64,000 bases of DNA from an uncultured Acidobacteriota bacterium (GTDB taxonomy: Bacteria; Acidobacteriota; Vicinamibacteria; Vicinamibacterales; CAVVIG01), in assembly GCA_963696165.1 (NCBI GenBank), contig CAVOIY010000005.1, forward strand, positions 407,780-471,779, written 5' to 3'. The notes below the pieces were generated by a model. The model saw only the letters and a list, made by a program, of their open reading frames with translations, ran no database searches and was not told the origin of the DNA. Of this stretch, positions 1 through 12,345 are shown one piece after another. Position 1 is the stretch's first letter. Every line of letters begins with the position of its first letter. Position numbers and translations under genes: made by a program.

Positions 1-1136
1 GCTGCTGTTTCACAAGAAGCTCGGCACCTACAAGGAGAAGGCCGAGCGGATCGAGCGGCTGGCCGCGTGGATCGCGCGCGAGGCGTTCGGCGCGAGCGAA
101 CAGGCGGCGGCGCACGCGGCGCCAGCGCGGCGCGGCTCGCGAAGGCCGATCTCACGACCGACATGGTGCGCGAGTTCACCGAGCTGCAGGGCACGATGGG
201 CGGCATCTACGCGCGCGACGACGGACTGCCCGAGGAAGTGTGGAAGGCGATCTACTTCCACTACCTGCCGGTCGGCGTCGAGGCCGACGCGCCGCCGACG
301 CGAAGGCGCAGCTCGGCAAGGCGGCGGTCACGTGGGCCGCCGTGTCGCTCGCCGACAAGCTCGACACGATCGTCGGTCTGTTCGCCGCGGGCGAGAAGCC
401 GACCGGCTCGCGCGATCCGTACGGCCTGCGCCGCGCGGCGCAGGGCGTCGCTCAAGATCCTCGACCGACATGCCGTGCCGCGATCTGCGGTCACGGCGCT
501 TGTCGATGAGGCGTACCAGGAATTACGGTCCGAACGCGCCGGCCATCGATCCGCGCATGGCAGCTCGGCGTGTTCGAGTTTCTGGCCGAGCGCGAGGCGC
601 ATCTGCTCGAGCGGCGCGGGTATCGACGCCGACGAAGATCCGCGCCGTCGTCTCGGTCGACTGCGACGGCAGCCCGATCGGTCGCTGCGCCGGCGTGGAC
701 GCGCTGGCGCAGGCACGGCGAGTCGCCGGACTTCGATGCGCTGGCGCGTGCTGTTCAAGCGCGTGAGGAACATCACGAAGGACTGTCGCCGGCGGCGCGC
801 GACTGGGACGCGGTCGAAGCGGGCGCTGACGGAGCCGGCCGAGATGGCGCTCGCTGCGGAAGTCGACGCAGCGCTGGCCGGTCGATCAGAAGGCGCGCGA
901 TGGAGCGGGCAGGCTACCGTCGAGGCGCTGAACGAGCTCGCGAAGCTGCACGGGCCGGTGGCCAAGTTCTTCGTCGACGTGCTGGTGATGACCGACGATC
1001 CGCAGCTGCGCGAGGCGCGGCTCGCGCTCCTCGCGATCGCTGCGGGATACGATTCTCGAACATCGCCGACATCTCGGAGATCGCCGCCGGACGAGCAAGT
1101 CCGGCTGAAGCCGGACGCGGCATGCGACAGCATTAA
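1..1136 (+). CDS. glyS: glycine--tRNA ligase beta subunit, C-terminal part (5' end outside window; frame broken several times)
   Basis: GlyS-like fragments [101 protein letters not shown] and [22 protein letters not shown] lie in different frames (ORFs 67-1290, 240-509, 332-766, 570-1136). The last frame stops at 1136. Confidence 0.85.
1099..1125. repeat. REP-like hairpin unit (main variant) in the glyS 3' tail
   Basis: GTCCGGC-TGAA-GCCGGAC followed by GCGGCATGC. Confidence 0.7.
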
Positions 1137-1189
1137 TACGAAATCTACGGAGCGCTCGAAGTCAGGCGAAGAAGCACGCAACCGAAGGC

Positions 1190-3906
<2,717 letters not shown>

Positions 3907-3917
<11 letters not shown>

Positions 3918-5714
3918 CGACTGGCGACGGCCATGTCTGCGCATTTCTCTCCTTCCCGCCGATCTCGCCAACCAGATCGCCGCCGGCGAGGTCGTCGAGC
4001 GGCCGGCGTCCGTCGTCAAGGAGCTGGTCGAGAACGCGATCGATGCGGGCGCGACGCGGCTCGCTCATCCACGTCGAGCTCGGCGGCAAGAAACAGGTCC
4101 GCGTCGAAGACGACGGGGAAGGGATGGAGCCGGAGGATGCCCGGCTCGCGATCGAGCGGCACGCCACGAGCAAGATCCGCCGGGCCGACGATCTCGCCGC
4201 CATCGTGACGCTCGGTTTTCGCGGCGAGGCGCTGCCCTCGATCGCGTCGGTGTCGCACTTCGTGCTGCGCACGCGCAGCCGCGGACACCAGAGCGGCACG
4301 GAGATCCGGGTGAATGGCGGCACCGTCGCCTCGACGCTCGAAGTCGCCGCTGCCGAAGGCACCGTCGTCGAAGTCAACGACCTGTTCTACAACCTGCCGG
4401 CCCGGCGGAAGTTCCTGAAATCCGATGCCGGCGAGTCCGCGCAGGTCTCGCGAATCGTCACGCAGCTGGCGCTCGCGTATTCCGAAGTCGGTTTCACGCT
4501 GACGAGCGCCGGACGAACGGTCATCCAGTGCCCGCCCGCCTTGTCGCTGCGCGATCGGCTGTACCAGCTGTACGGCGAGCGCGGCGATCTGATCGAGGTC
4601 CATAAGGAAGCCGGCGGGCTGCGCCTCACCGGCTACATCGCGGCGCTCGCCGATCAGGGCCCGACGCGCGGCGCTCAGAACGTGTTCATCAACCGCCGCA
4701 TCGTGAAGGACAAGACGATCGCGCACGCGATCATCAACGCGTACAGCATGGCGTCGATCAAGGAGCGCAGCCCCGAGGTGCATCTGTTCATCGAGATGCC
4801 GCCGGACGCGCTCGACGTCAACGTCCATCCGACGAAAGCCGAAGTGCGGTTCCGCGACCAGTCGCTCGTCCACGAAGTCGTGCGGCGCGCGTTGATGGAC
4901 GCTCTCGGGCAGGGCGGCGTGCCGCAGCTGCAGCTGCGGCCGGAGCACGCCGGATCGACACCGATCGCGGCGTCGATTCCCGGGATTCTGGCCGGCGGCG
5001 CGTACCCGAATCGGTGGGTGCCGGATGTAGCGTCCGCCTTCAGGCGGACGGATCGGGGCGTCGACGTCGACGCCGACGCCGACGTCCGGCTAAAGCCGGA
5101 CGCTACATCTTCCCCAATTGTTCGCATGCAGAACGTCAGGCCGATGATTCCGCTCGGTCAGTTTCGCGACACGTTCATCATCGCAGTCGACGACGAGGGG
5201 ATGGCGATCATCGATCAGCATGTCGCGCACGAGCGCGTGCTCTTCGAGCGCGTGATGGAGCGGCTCACCGCCGGTCCGCTCGAATCGCAGCGGCTGCTCG
5301 TGCCGATGATGATCGACTTCACGCCCGCCGCGCACGACGCGTTGATCGGCCGCGCGGCGGCGCTCGAGCAGTTCGGGTTCGAGATCGAAAGTTTCGGCGG
5401 CGTCGACGATCAGGGTCGACGCCGTGCCCGCGCTGCTCGAGACTGAGGACAGCGCGCAAGCGCTTCAGGCGCTGGCCGAAGATCTGGACGGCCTCGACCG
5501 CGGCGCGAAGGTCCAGGACGCGCTGCAGCGGATCGCCGCGACGACCGCGTGCCATGCGGCGGTCAAGGCGAATTACCCGCTCACGTACGAGAAGATGACG
5601 CACATTCTCGACGAGCTCCGCGCGACGGCGTACTCCACGGTCTGTCCGCACGGCCGTCCGGTGATGCTGCGTCTGACGCGGCGGGAAATCGAGAAGAACT
5701 TCGACCGCATATGA
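3907..5714 (+). CDS. mutL: DNA mismatch repair protein MutL (frame changes near 4070 and 5410; carries an in-frame 87-nt palindromic insert)
   Basis: [83 protein letters not shown]-terminal [32 protein letters not shown] and [23 protein letters not shown]. Stop at 5712-5714. Confidence 0.9.
5023..5109. repeat. REPIN-like inverted doublet (87 nt) inside mutL
   Basis: GGATGTAGCGTCCGCCTTCAGGCGGACGG ... GGCGTCGACGTCGACGCC ... GACGTCCGGCTAAAGCCGGACGCTACATC. Confidence 0.85.
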
Positions 5715-5881
5715 GCGCCGCCATTTATTATCTCGGGCGGTTCGCACAGCTCATCGGTATGTTCCTGCTGCTCGAGGACATCGTGGGAGCGGGGCCGATG
5801 GGGCCGAGCCCGCGGCTGTTTGCGATCGGCGTTGCTGTTTTTGTGTCAGGATGGGCACTCACACGACGACAACGCTCTTGA
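5711..5881 (+). CDS. small predicted two-helix membrane protein, unknown function
   Basis: ATG 5711 overlaps the mutL stop (ATGA). 56 aa: [56 protein letters not shown], with two hydrophobic stretches. Confidence 0.45.
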   Translation: MSAAIYYLGRFAQLIGMFLLLEDIVGAGPMGPSPRLFAIGVAVFVSGWALTRRQRS

Positions 5882-5906
5882 CTCACCGGCCGACGGCTGC
5901 TAGAGT
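5878..5906 (+). promoter_or_regulatory. candidate sigma70-type promoter (TTGACT-17 nt-TAGAGT) ahead of the protease gene
   Basis: TTGACT at 5878-5883, 17-nt spacer, TAGAGT at 5901-5906. It would give a roughly 150-nt leader before ATG 6065. Confidence 0.35.
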
Positions 5907-6064
5907 AGCCGCAGTTCGCTCCTCCAAAATTTAATTAGCTCAGCGCTTTCCAAGCGAAAGGGCCATCCCGTGTCTGCCGCGATTTTCGCGGTCGGGCAAT
6001 CGGGAGCGCAAAGCTGTAAGCCTCCGTGGACGAGGCGGTTTAGCTGCCGAACTTGGAGTCAAGA

Positions 6065-7021
6065 ATGATCTCTCGTCGAGTCGTCTTCCTCACATCCATC
6101 ATCGCCACGGCGTCGTCGTCTTTTGCGCTCGGCGTGATTCACACGCGCCGCAGCGATACGACGATCCGCGCGTCTTACGACGAGAAGCTGGACACGATTC
6201 GCGCCGAGCTCGCGAGCGAGATGCGCAAAACGCGGCATCTCGAAGCGGCCGCCGTCCCGGCTGGCACGGCTGGACGCCTCGCGGCTCACACGAAGGACGA
6301 GGCGAGCGACATTCCGTCGCGTGCAGCGCGCGCGAAAATGGTCGCCGAGATCAAGCAGGAGATCCAGAGCGAGATGGGTCTGTTGCCGGTCCACCTCCTC
6401 CGCGAGCGGCGCTCGAGCTTCGTCGAGCTCTACGCGTACGACAACCTTGGCAAAACCAACTACGGCACCGCGGGTTATCTCGGTCACGGCTATTTCATCA
6501 CGGTGAAGCATGCTGTCGTCGCGCTCAAAGGCGATGACGACCATGGCACGCGCAAAGTGACGTCGGTGAAGGTCGTCTACAACGGCAAAGAGATTCCCGC
6601 CAGGGTGATCGACACGGGCGACGCCGATGTGGAAGTGCACAGCGGCGACTGGGCGATCATCAAAACGCACGATCTCGATCTGCCGCCGCTGCACGTCGAC
6701 GCGGCGTTCACGTACGATTTCGCCGAGCCAATCTTCAGGCTCGGCAACGATTACTCGAAGGGCATCATCCTCTCCACGGGCTACGTCGGCCAGCGGACGC
6801 CGAATGGGCTCGTCACCTGCCTCACCGACGGTCATCCCGGCGTGTCGGGCGGCGGCGTTCTCGACCAGCACGGCGACCTGGTCGGCATTCCAATCGGCCG
6901 GATGCAGGGCGATTACCGTTTTTCGTTCATCCTGCCGATTCGCCTGGAGATGCTCCGGAAAGTGCCGCTCGTCGATCGGCCGGACACTGCGAACGTTCTC
7001 GCCGCCGAACAACAGCAGTAA
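6065..7021 (+). CDS. membrane-anchored trypsin-like (S1/Trypsin_2-type) serine protease with charged helical linker
   Basis: N-terminal hydrophobic helix VVFLTSIIATASSSFALGV. Candidate triad His in ITVKHAV, Asp in GDWAIIK, Ser in GHPGVSGGGVLD. GGAG lies 6 nt upstream of ATG 6065. Intact ORF with visibly lower GC than its neighbours. Confidence 0.7.
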   Translation: MISRRVVFLTSIIATASSSFALGVIHTRRSDTTIRASYDEKLDTIRAELASEMRKTRHLEAAAVPAGTAGRLAAHTKDEASDIPSRAARAKMVAEIKQEIQSEMGLLPVHLLRERRSSFVELYAYDNLGKTNYGTAGYLGHGYFITVKHAVVALKGDDDHGTRKVTSVKVVYNGKEIPARVIDTGDADVEVHSGDWAIIKTHDLDLPPLHVDAAFTYDFAEPIFRLGNDYSKGIILSTGYVGQRTPNGLVTCLTDGHPGVSGGGVLDQHGDLVGIPIGRMQGDYRFSFILPIRLEMLRKVPLVDRPDTANVLAAEQQQ

Positions 7022-7031
7022 CACCTATAAT

Positions 7032-7054
7032 CCGAGCCTCCGAAGGAGGCTCGG
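7032..7054 (+). promoter_or_regulatory. perfect 10-bp hairpin whose 3' arm contains the mscL Shine-Dalgarno sequence
   Basis: CCGAGCCTCC-GAA-GGAGGCTCGG ends one nt before ATG 7055. TATAAT at 7026-7031 sits immediately upstream. Confidence 0.4.
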
Positions 7055-7456
7055 ATGGTCCGTGAATTCCGCGAGTTCCTGCTCAAACAGAACGCCCTCG
7101 CATTAGCCGTCGGTGTGATCACCGGCGCTGCGCTCGGGCGCGTCGTCACCTCACTCGTCGCCGACCTGCTGATGCCGCTCATCAGCCTCGGCATGCCGCA
7201 CGGCGACTGGCGCGCGGCGAAAATCGTCTTGTCGCAAGCCGTCGGCCCCGACGGCAAGGACGTCGTCAACTCGATCAACTACGGCTTTTTTCTTGGCACG
7301 GTCGTCGACTTCGTCATCGTTTCGTTCGCGGTGTTTCTGATCGTGCGGCAGTTTCTCAAACCATCGCCGAGCGAGCCGACCAAGACGTGCAAGTTCTGCC
7401 TCGAGACGCTCCCGGTCGGGGCGACGCGCTGCCGCGCCTGCACCAGCCCGATATAA
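7055..7456 (+). CDS. mscL: large-conductance mechanosensitive channel MscL with C-terminal CxxC-x10-CxxC zinc-ribbon-like tail
   Basis: MVREFREFLLKQNALALAVGVITGAALGRVVTSLVADLLMP matches the MscL N-terminus/TM1. Second TM is FFLGTVVDFVIVSFAVFLIV. Tail is CKFCLETLPVGATRCRAC. Confidence 0.85.
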   Translation: MVREFREFLLKQNALALAVGVITGAALGRVVTSLVADLLMPLISLGMPHGDWRAAKIVLSQAVGPDGKDVVNSINYGFFLGTVVDFVIVSFAVFLIVRQFLKPSPSEPTKTCKFCLETLPVGATRCRACTSPI

Positions 7457-7463
7457 TCCCGCC

Positions 7464-9219
7464 ATGCTTCGACAATTGGCGATCGGCTCCATGTTGCTCG
7501 CGCTGCTCGCGTGCCGCCAGGCGCCGCAGCCGGCCGCGATCAAACGCGAGCCGGTGGACGGCCGCGCCAAGCTGCTTGCCGACGCATACCTGAACGCCTG
7601 GCTGGATCGCAATCCGGATCAAGCGACGTACTACGGCGTGCCCGGACGCCATCACGATCGGTTGCCGGACAATTCGATCGGCGCGCTGACTGCCTGGCAG
7701 AAACAGGAGGACGTGTTTCTCCGCGACATCAAGCAGATCGATCCCGCCGACATTGCGGAGGAGCCGCTTCGCGCGACCTACGCGATCACCCGCGAGGCGC
7801 TCGAGGCCGCTATCGGCGTGCGCGCCTGCCGCGGCGAACTGTGGACCGTGAGCCAGTTCGTCAACGCATGGCAGGTGTCGTTCGGATACCTCGTCACCAT
7901 TCAACCGGTCGGGACCGACGAGGCGCGAGCCGAAGCGCTGACGCGCTGGGGTGCGCTGCCGAAGTACATCGACACGGAAATCGGGAACCTCCGCGAAGGC
8001 CTGAAGGCCGGCTATTCCGCACCGAAAGGGAACGTCCGCATCGTCATCGACCAGATGAACACGCTCACGAGCGGTCCTCTCGCCGATTCGCCGTTCGATT
8101 CCCCGGCCGGTGCGCGACAAGACGCCGGAGTTCAGAAAGCGATTCGACGCGCTGGTGAGGCAGCAGATCGCTTCGGCGCTCCGGCGCTATCGCGATTTCC
8201 TCGTCAACGAATATCTGCCGGCCGCGCGCGAGGAAGTCGGCGTGAACGCGAACCCGAACGGCGCCACGTGCTACGACGCGTCTGTCCGATATCACAGCTC
8301 GCTGCCCGTCGGCGCGAAAGAGGTGCACGATACCGGGCTGAAGCAGATCGACGCCATCACCGGCGAGATGAGGACGATCGCCGAGCGCTCGTTCCAGACG
8401 AGCGATGTGCCGGCGCTGCTGGAGCGGCTGCGCACCGACAAGCAGTATCTCTTCAAGAGCCGCGAGGAGCTGATTGCGTACTCGCAGGCAGCCCTCGCGC
8501 GCGCGAAGGCCGCGATGCCCGCCTGGTTCGGACTGTTGCCGAAGGCTGATGTCGTCATTCAGCCCTACCCGAAGTTTCGCGAGAAGAACGGCCCGAACGA
8601 ATACAATCCGCCGGCGGAGGACGGCAGCCGGCCAGCCGTCTTCTTCATCAGCGCGTACGAGGCGGAGAGGAAGAGTCGCGCCGAAGCCGAGTCGACCGCT
8701 TTCCACGAAACGATCCCCGGCCACCATCTTCAGGGAGCGATTGCCGTCGAACGGAAGACGATCCATCCAATCGGCCGCTACATCGGCAACAGCGGCTACA
8801 CGGAAGGGTGGGCGCTGTACTCGGAGCGGCTCGCCGACGAGATGAAGCTGTATTCGTCCGATCTCGATCGGATGGGACTGCTGTCGAATCAGGCGCTCCG
8901 CGCCGCGCGTCTCGTCGTCGACTCCGGTTTGCACGCGCTCGGATGGACGCGTCAGGAAGCGATCGACTACATGCTCGCGCACACGGCCGAATCGTCAGGT
9001 GAAGTGACGGCGGAAGTCGATCGCTACATCATCTACCCGGGCCAGGCGACGGCGTACATGCTCGGACAGCTGCAGATTCGAAAGGCTCGCGATGAAGCGC
9101 AGAAGGCGATGGGCGGCCGCTTCCAGATCAAGGCGTTTCATGATCGCGTTCTCGAGGACGGCGCCGTGCCGTTGACGTACCTGACCAACAAGATCCGCGC
9201 CTGGGAGCAATCGAAATGA
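7464..9219 (+). CDS. DUF885-family lipoprotein (one frame change near 8105)
   Basis: Lipobox LLALLAC. HETIPGHH, GYTEGWALYSERLADE, VDRYIIYPGQATAYMLGQLQI are typical of DUF885 proteins. Confidence 0.8.
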
Positions 9220-11130
9220 CGAGGCTCGCGACAGGCGTCCTGGCGGCGGTCGCAATCAGCGCCTCGATCGACCTCGTATCCGGTTTCAACAGGACGGCCG
9301 TTAATGTCGCGTCCGGGTTCAGCCGGACGGTCGCCGCGGCGCCGTTCGATCTCGTGGAGAAATCGATTGCCGAGTTGCAGCACGCGATGGCGGCTGGCGA
9401 AGTCAGCTCGCACGAGCTCGTGGCGGCCTACCTCGCGCGCATCGACGCGTACGACAAGAGCGGGCCGAAGCTGAACGCGATGATCGCGCTGAATCCGCGC
9501 GCGCTCGCCGAGGCCGACGCACTCGACAAGGAGCGCGCCGCCAAGGGACCGCGCGGCCCGCTGCATGGGATCCCGATCGTCGTCAAAGACAATTTCGAAA
9601 CGGCGGACATGCCGACAACCGGTGGCTCGATTGCGCTCGCCGGCTTCGAGCCGAAGGAGGATGCATTCCAGGTCGCGAAACTGCGCGCGGCCGGCGCCGT
9701 GATTCTCGGCAAGACGAACCTGCACGAGCTCGCCGCCGGCATCACGAGCGTCAGCTCGATGGGCGGCCAGACGCGGAATCCGTACGATCCCGCGCGCAAC
9801 CCCGGCGGTTCGAGCGGCGGCACGGCCGCGGCCGTCGCCGCCAATTTCGCGGCCGCCGGCATGGGCAGCGACACGTGCGGCTCGATTCGGATCCCATCGG
9901 GGCACAACAGCCTGGTCGGCCTGCGCGGAACGCTCGGCTTGTCGAGCCGCGCCGGCGTCATCCCGCTGTCGCACACGCAGGACATCGGCGGACCGCTCGC
10001 ACGAACGGTCGTCGATCTGGCGACGATGCTCGACGCAACGGTGGGCGCGGACGAGCGCGATCCGATCGACGCGCGCGAGCGACGGCCACATTCCGAAGAG
10101 CTTTCGAGATGAACTGCAGGCGGGCGCCCTGAAAGGCGTACGGATCGGTGCGCTGAAGAACCTGTTCGGCGCCGCGCCGGAGGACGCGGAGGTCGGCGCC
10201 ATCGACAGAAAGGCGCTCGACGCGATGAAGGCGGCCGGTGCGGAGGTCGAGGACGTGACGATCCCGGGGCTGGACGAGGTGCTGCGCGGATCCAGCGTGA
10301 TCAATTCCGAATTCAAGTTCGACCTCATGGACTACCTTGCGCGGTTCCCGAACGCGCCGGTCCATTCACTCGGCGAGATCATCGACACCGGCTCGTACGA
10401 CAAAGCGCTCGAAAACACGTTCAAGCTGAGGAACCGCCCCGAAACGCGCGAGACAGAAGACTACCGCCGCGCTCGCGTGAAGCGCGGCGCAGCGCGCGAT
10501 CTCGTGCTCGCGACGATGGACGAGTTGAAGCTCGACGTGCTGGCATATCCGCCGATCTCGAGGAAAGCGGCGATCATCGGCGAGCCGCAGACCGGTGCCA
10601 CGAACTGTCAGCTGAGCGCCGCGTCGGGGCTGCCGGCGATCAGCATGCCGGCCGGCTTCAGCGACGACGGTGTGCCGGTCGGCATCGAGCTGCTGGGCAC
10701 CGCTTGGAGCGAGGCGAAGCTGCTGTCGATCGCGTATTCATACGAGCAGGCGGCGCACCCGCGTCGTCCTCCGCCGACGACTCCTGCGCTCATCAATGGC
10801 ACGCCACCGCCGGCAGAGACGTTTAGCGCGAGCAGCGGTCCACTCCGCGCCGCAATCGCATTCGACGTCACCACCGGACGCCTGTCGTACACGCTCACGC
10901 TGGCAGGTGAGCCGCCGGTTGCCGCGGCGCTGCACCGAGCCCTTGAAAAGGATATCGGGCCAGTGCTGGTCCGGTTGGTCGACGGCATGGGCCGGCTCAC
11001 GCCTGGCGAGATCGTGTTGAACAATCCGGAGCGGCAGGCGCTGGAGAAGGGGCAGCTCTATGTCGAAGTTACGAGCAAGGCCGGACGCCACACACGAGCA
11101 CCGCTGATCAGTCGGCGCTCGCCCCCTTGA
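9216..11130 (+). CDS. secreted amidase-signature enzyme with CHRD-like C-terminal domain (frame change near 10080)
   Basis: ATGA overlap with the upstream stop. KDNFETADMPTTGGS, GGSSGGTAAAVAANFAAAGMGSDTCGSIRIPS. C-terminal RLSYTLTLAGEPPVAAALHRALEKDIGPVLVRL and GQLYVEVTS resemble CHRD. Confidence 0.85.
9273..9330. repeat. two tandem REP-like units inside the amidase gene, just after its signal peptide
   Basis: CTCGTATCCGGTTTCAACAGGACGG (degenerate) and AATGTCGCGTCCGGGTTCAGCCGGACGG. Confidence 0.7.
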
Positions 11131-11744
11131 ACTGATCGTCTTCCTCGGCGAACAACACGTTGAAGCTCGTGAGCGAGCCGTAGCAGCCGGTGATGTAGCT
11201 CTGGAGCTTCACTTTGACATCGTCAGGGAGCTCCGCCGCGTTCACGTGCTGTTCGAGCGTTCGCAGGCGGTTCCGCAGCATCACCACCTTGTGAAAGAAC
11301 GTTTCGATCGGCCAGCTTTTCTCCTGAAGCCCCGGCGTTCCAGGCTTGAGGACGATCGTGCCGCCGCGCCATTTGTCGGCTGGCGTGACGCCGGTCAACC
11401 CGGTCTCTTCGCGGATGATGCGCCGCAGCAGCAGCTCGAAGTCGGTGCTCGAATCGGGCGTCATTCGTGGCGCGCTCCTTTCGCGATCGCTGACGAGGGG
11501 AAACGGCGCAGCAGCCGTGCGCGCCCGCGCGGCCGATACGCCTGCGCTCCGCGATGGAGCGGCGACATCGACTCTCGGCCCACCACGGTAATTGTGCTCG
11601 CTGCGGCAGTAGCCGCAGGCCACGCGAATCGGGTGCCCGTCGGCGTCGGCGGCGATCACCGTATGCAGATCGATCCGTCTTGCACGCGCGACAGTAGTCC
11701 TCGAGCGACTCGCCGGCGCGATATGAGCGGGGAAGAGCCGACAT
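11108..11744 (-). CDS. zinc-ribbon (CxxC...CxxC) protein with conserved C-terminal domain of unknown function (frame change near 11665)
   Basis: MSALPRSYRAGESLEDYCRACKTDR then HTVIAADADGHPIRVACGYCRSEHNYRG. C-terminal part is DFELLLRRIIREETGLTGVTPADKWRGGTIVLKPG...FHKVVMLRNRLRTLEQH. Confidence 0.5.
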
Positions 11745-11764
11745 CGTGATGCTATGATGCCACG

Positions 11765-12345
11765 ATGGAGTCTCGCGATTGCATTCTCTTCAGCGGCGGC
11801 GCTGCGGGCGCCGAAGCCGAGTTCGGCGCGTGCGCCGAGCGCCACGGCATCGAAGAAGTGAACTTCACGTTCGAGGGGCACAAGATCGTGCGGCACCGCG
11901 GCGTCCGCGTGCTGAACCACGAAGAGCTGCAGAACGGCGACGTGAGCCTCGAGTACGTGTCGCGGATCATGCACCGCCGCTACACGGACGCGCCGACCAT
12001 TCGCAAGATTCTGCAGACGATCTGGTATCAGGTGAACAGCGGCCAGGAAATCTACGTCATCGGCACGATCCTCGACGACGGGACGGTGCGCGGCGGCACT
12101 GGGTGGGGCGCGGAGTTCGCGAAGTTGTGCAACAAGCCGCTGCACGTCTTCGATCAGGACAAAGACGCCTGGTTCACACGTGGACCGGCGACGACTGGCG
12201 CAAGCGCGACGCCGCCGACCTGCCGCGAATCACGCACGCGCATTTCACCGGCACCGGCACCCGCACGATTCGCGCCAACGGCGCGCGCGCGATCGAAGAG
12301 CTGTTCACGCGATCGTTCGCTAATCCGCGCGGCGCTTCTTCTTGA
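11765..12345 (+). CDS. hypothetical Rossmann-like protein, possibly SLOG/DprA-like (frame change near 12170; 3' end uncertain)
   Basis: [22 protein letters not shown] and [21 protein letters not shown] resemble the two Gly-rich motifs of DprA/YpsA/LOG-type folds. Assignment is by motif only. Confidence 0.4.

Noticed and set aside
5930-5950. TTAGCTCAGCGC resembles a tRNA D-arm.
   Set aside because: No T-arm, anticodon arm or acceptor stem follows. It is an isolated similarity.
6059-7024. A 321-aa antisense ORF mirrors the protease gene almost end to end. Similar long antisense ORFs occur at 8065-8982, 9138-10328 and 19941-21032.
   Set aside because: It is in exact codon register with the sense gene. 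In that register antisense stops arise only from sense TTA, CTA and TCA codons, which are rare in high-GC genomes. The products are Arg/Ala-rich with no motifs, so this is a compositional artefact.
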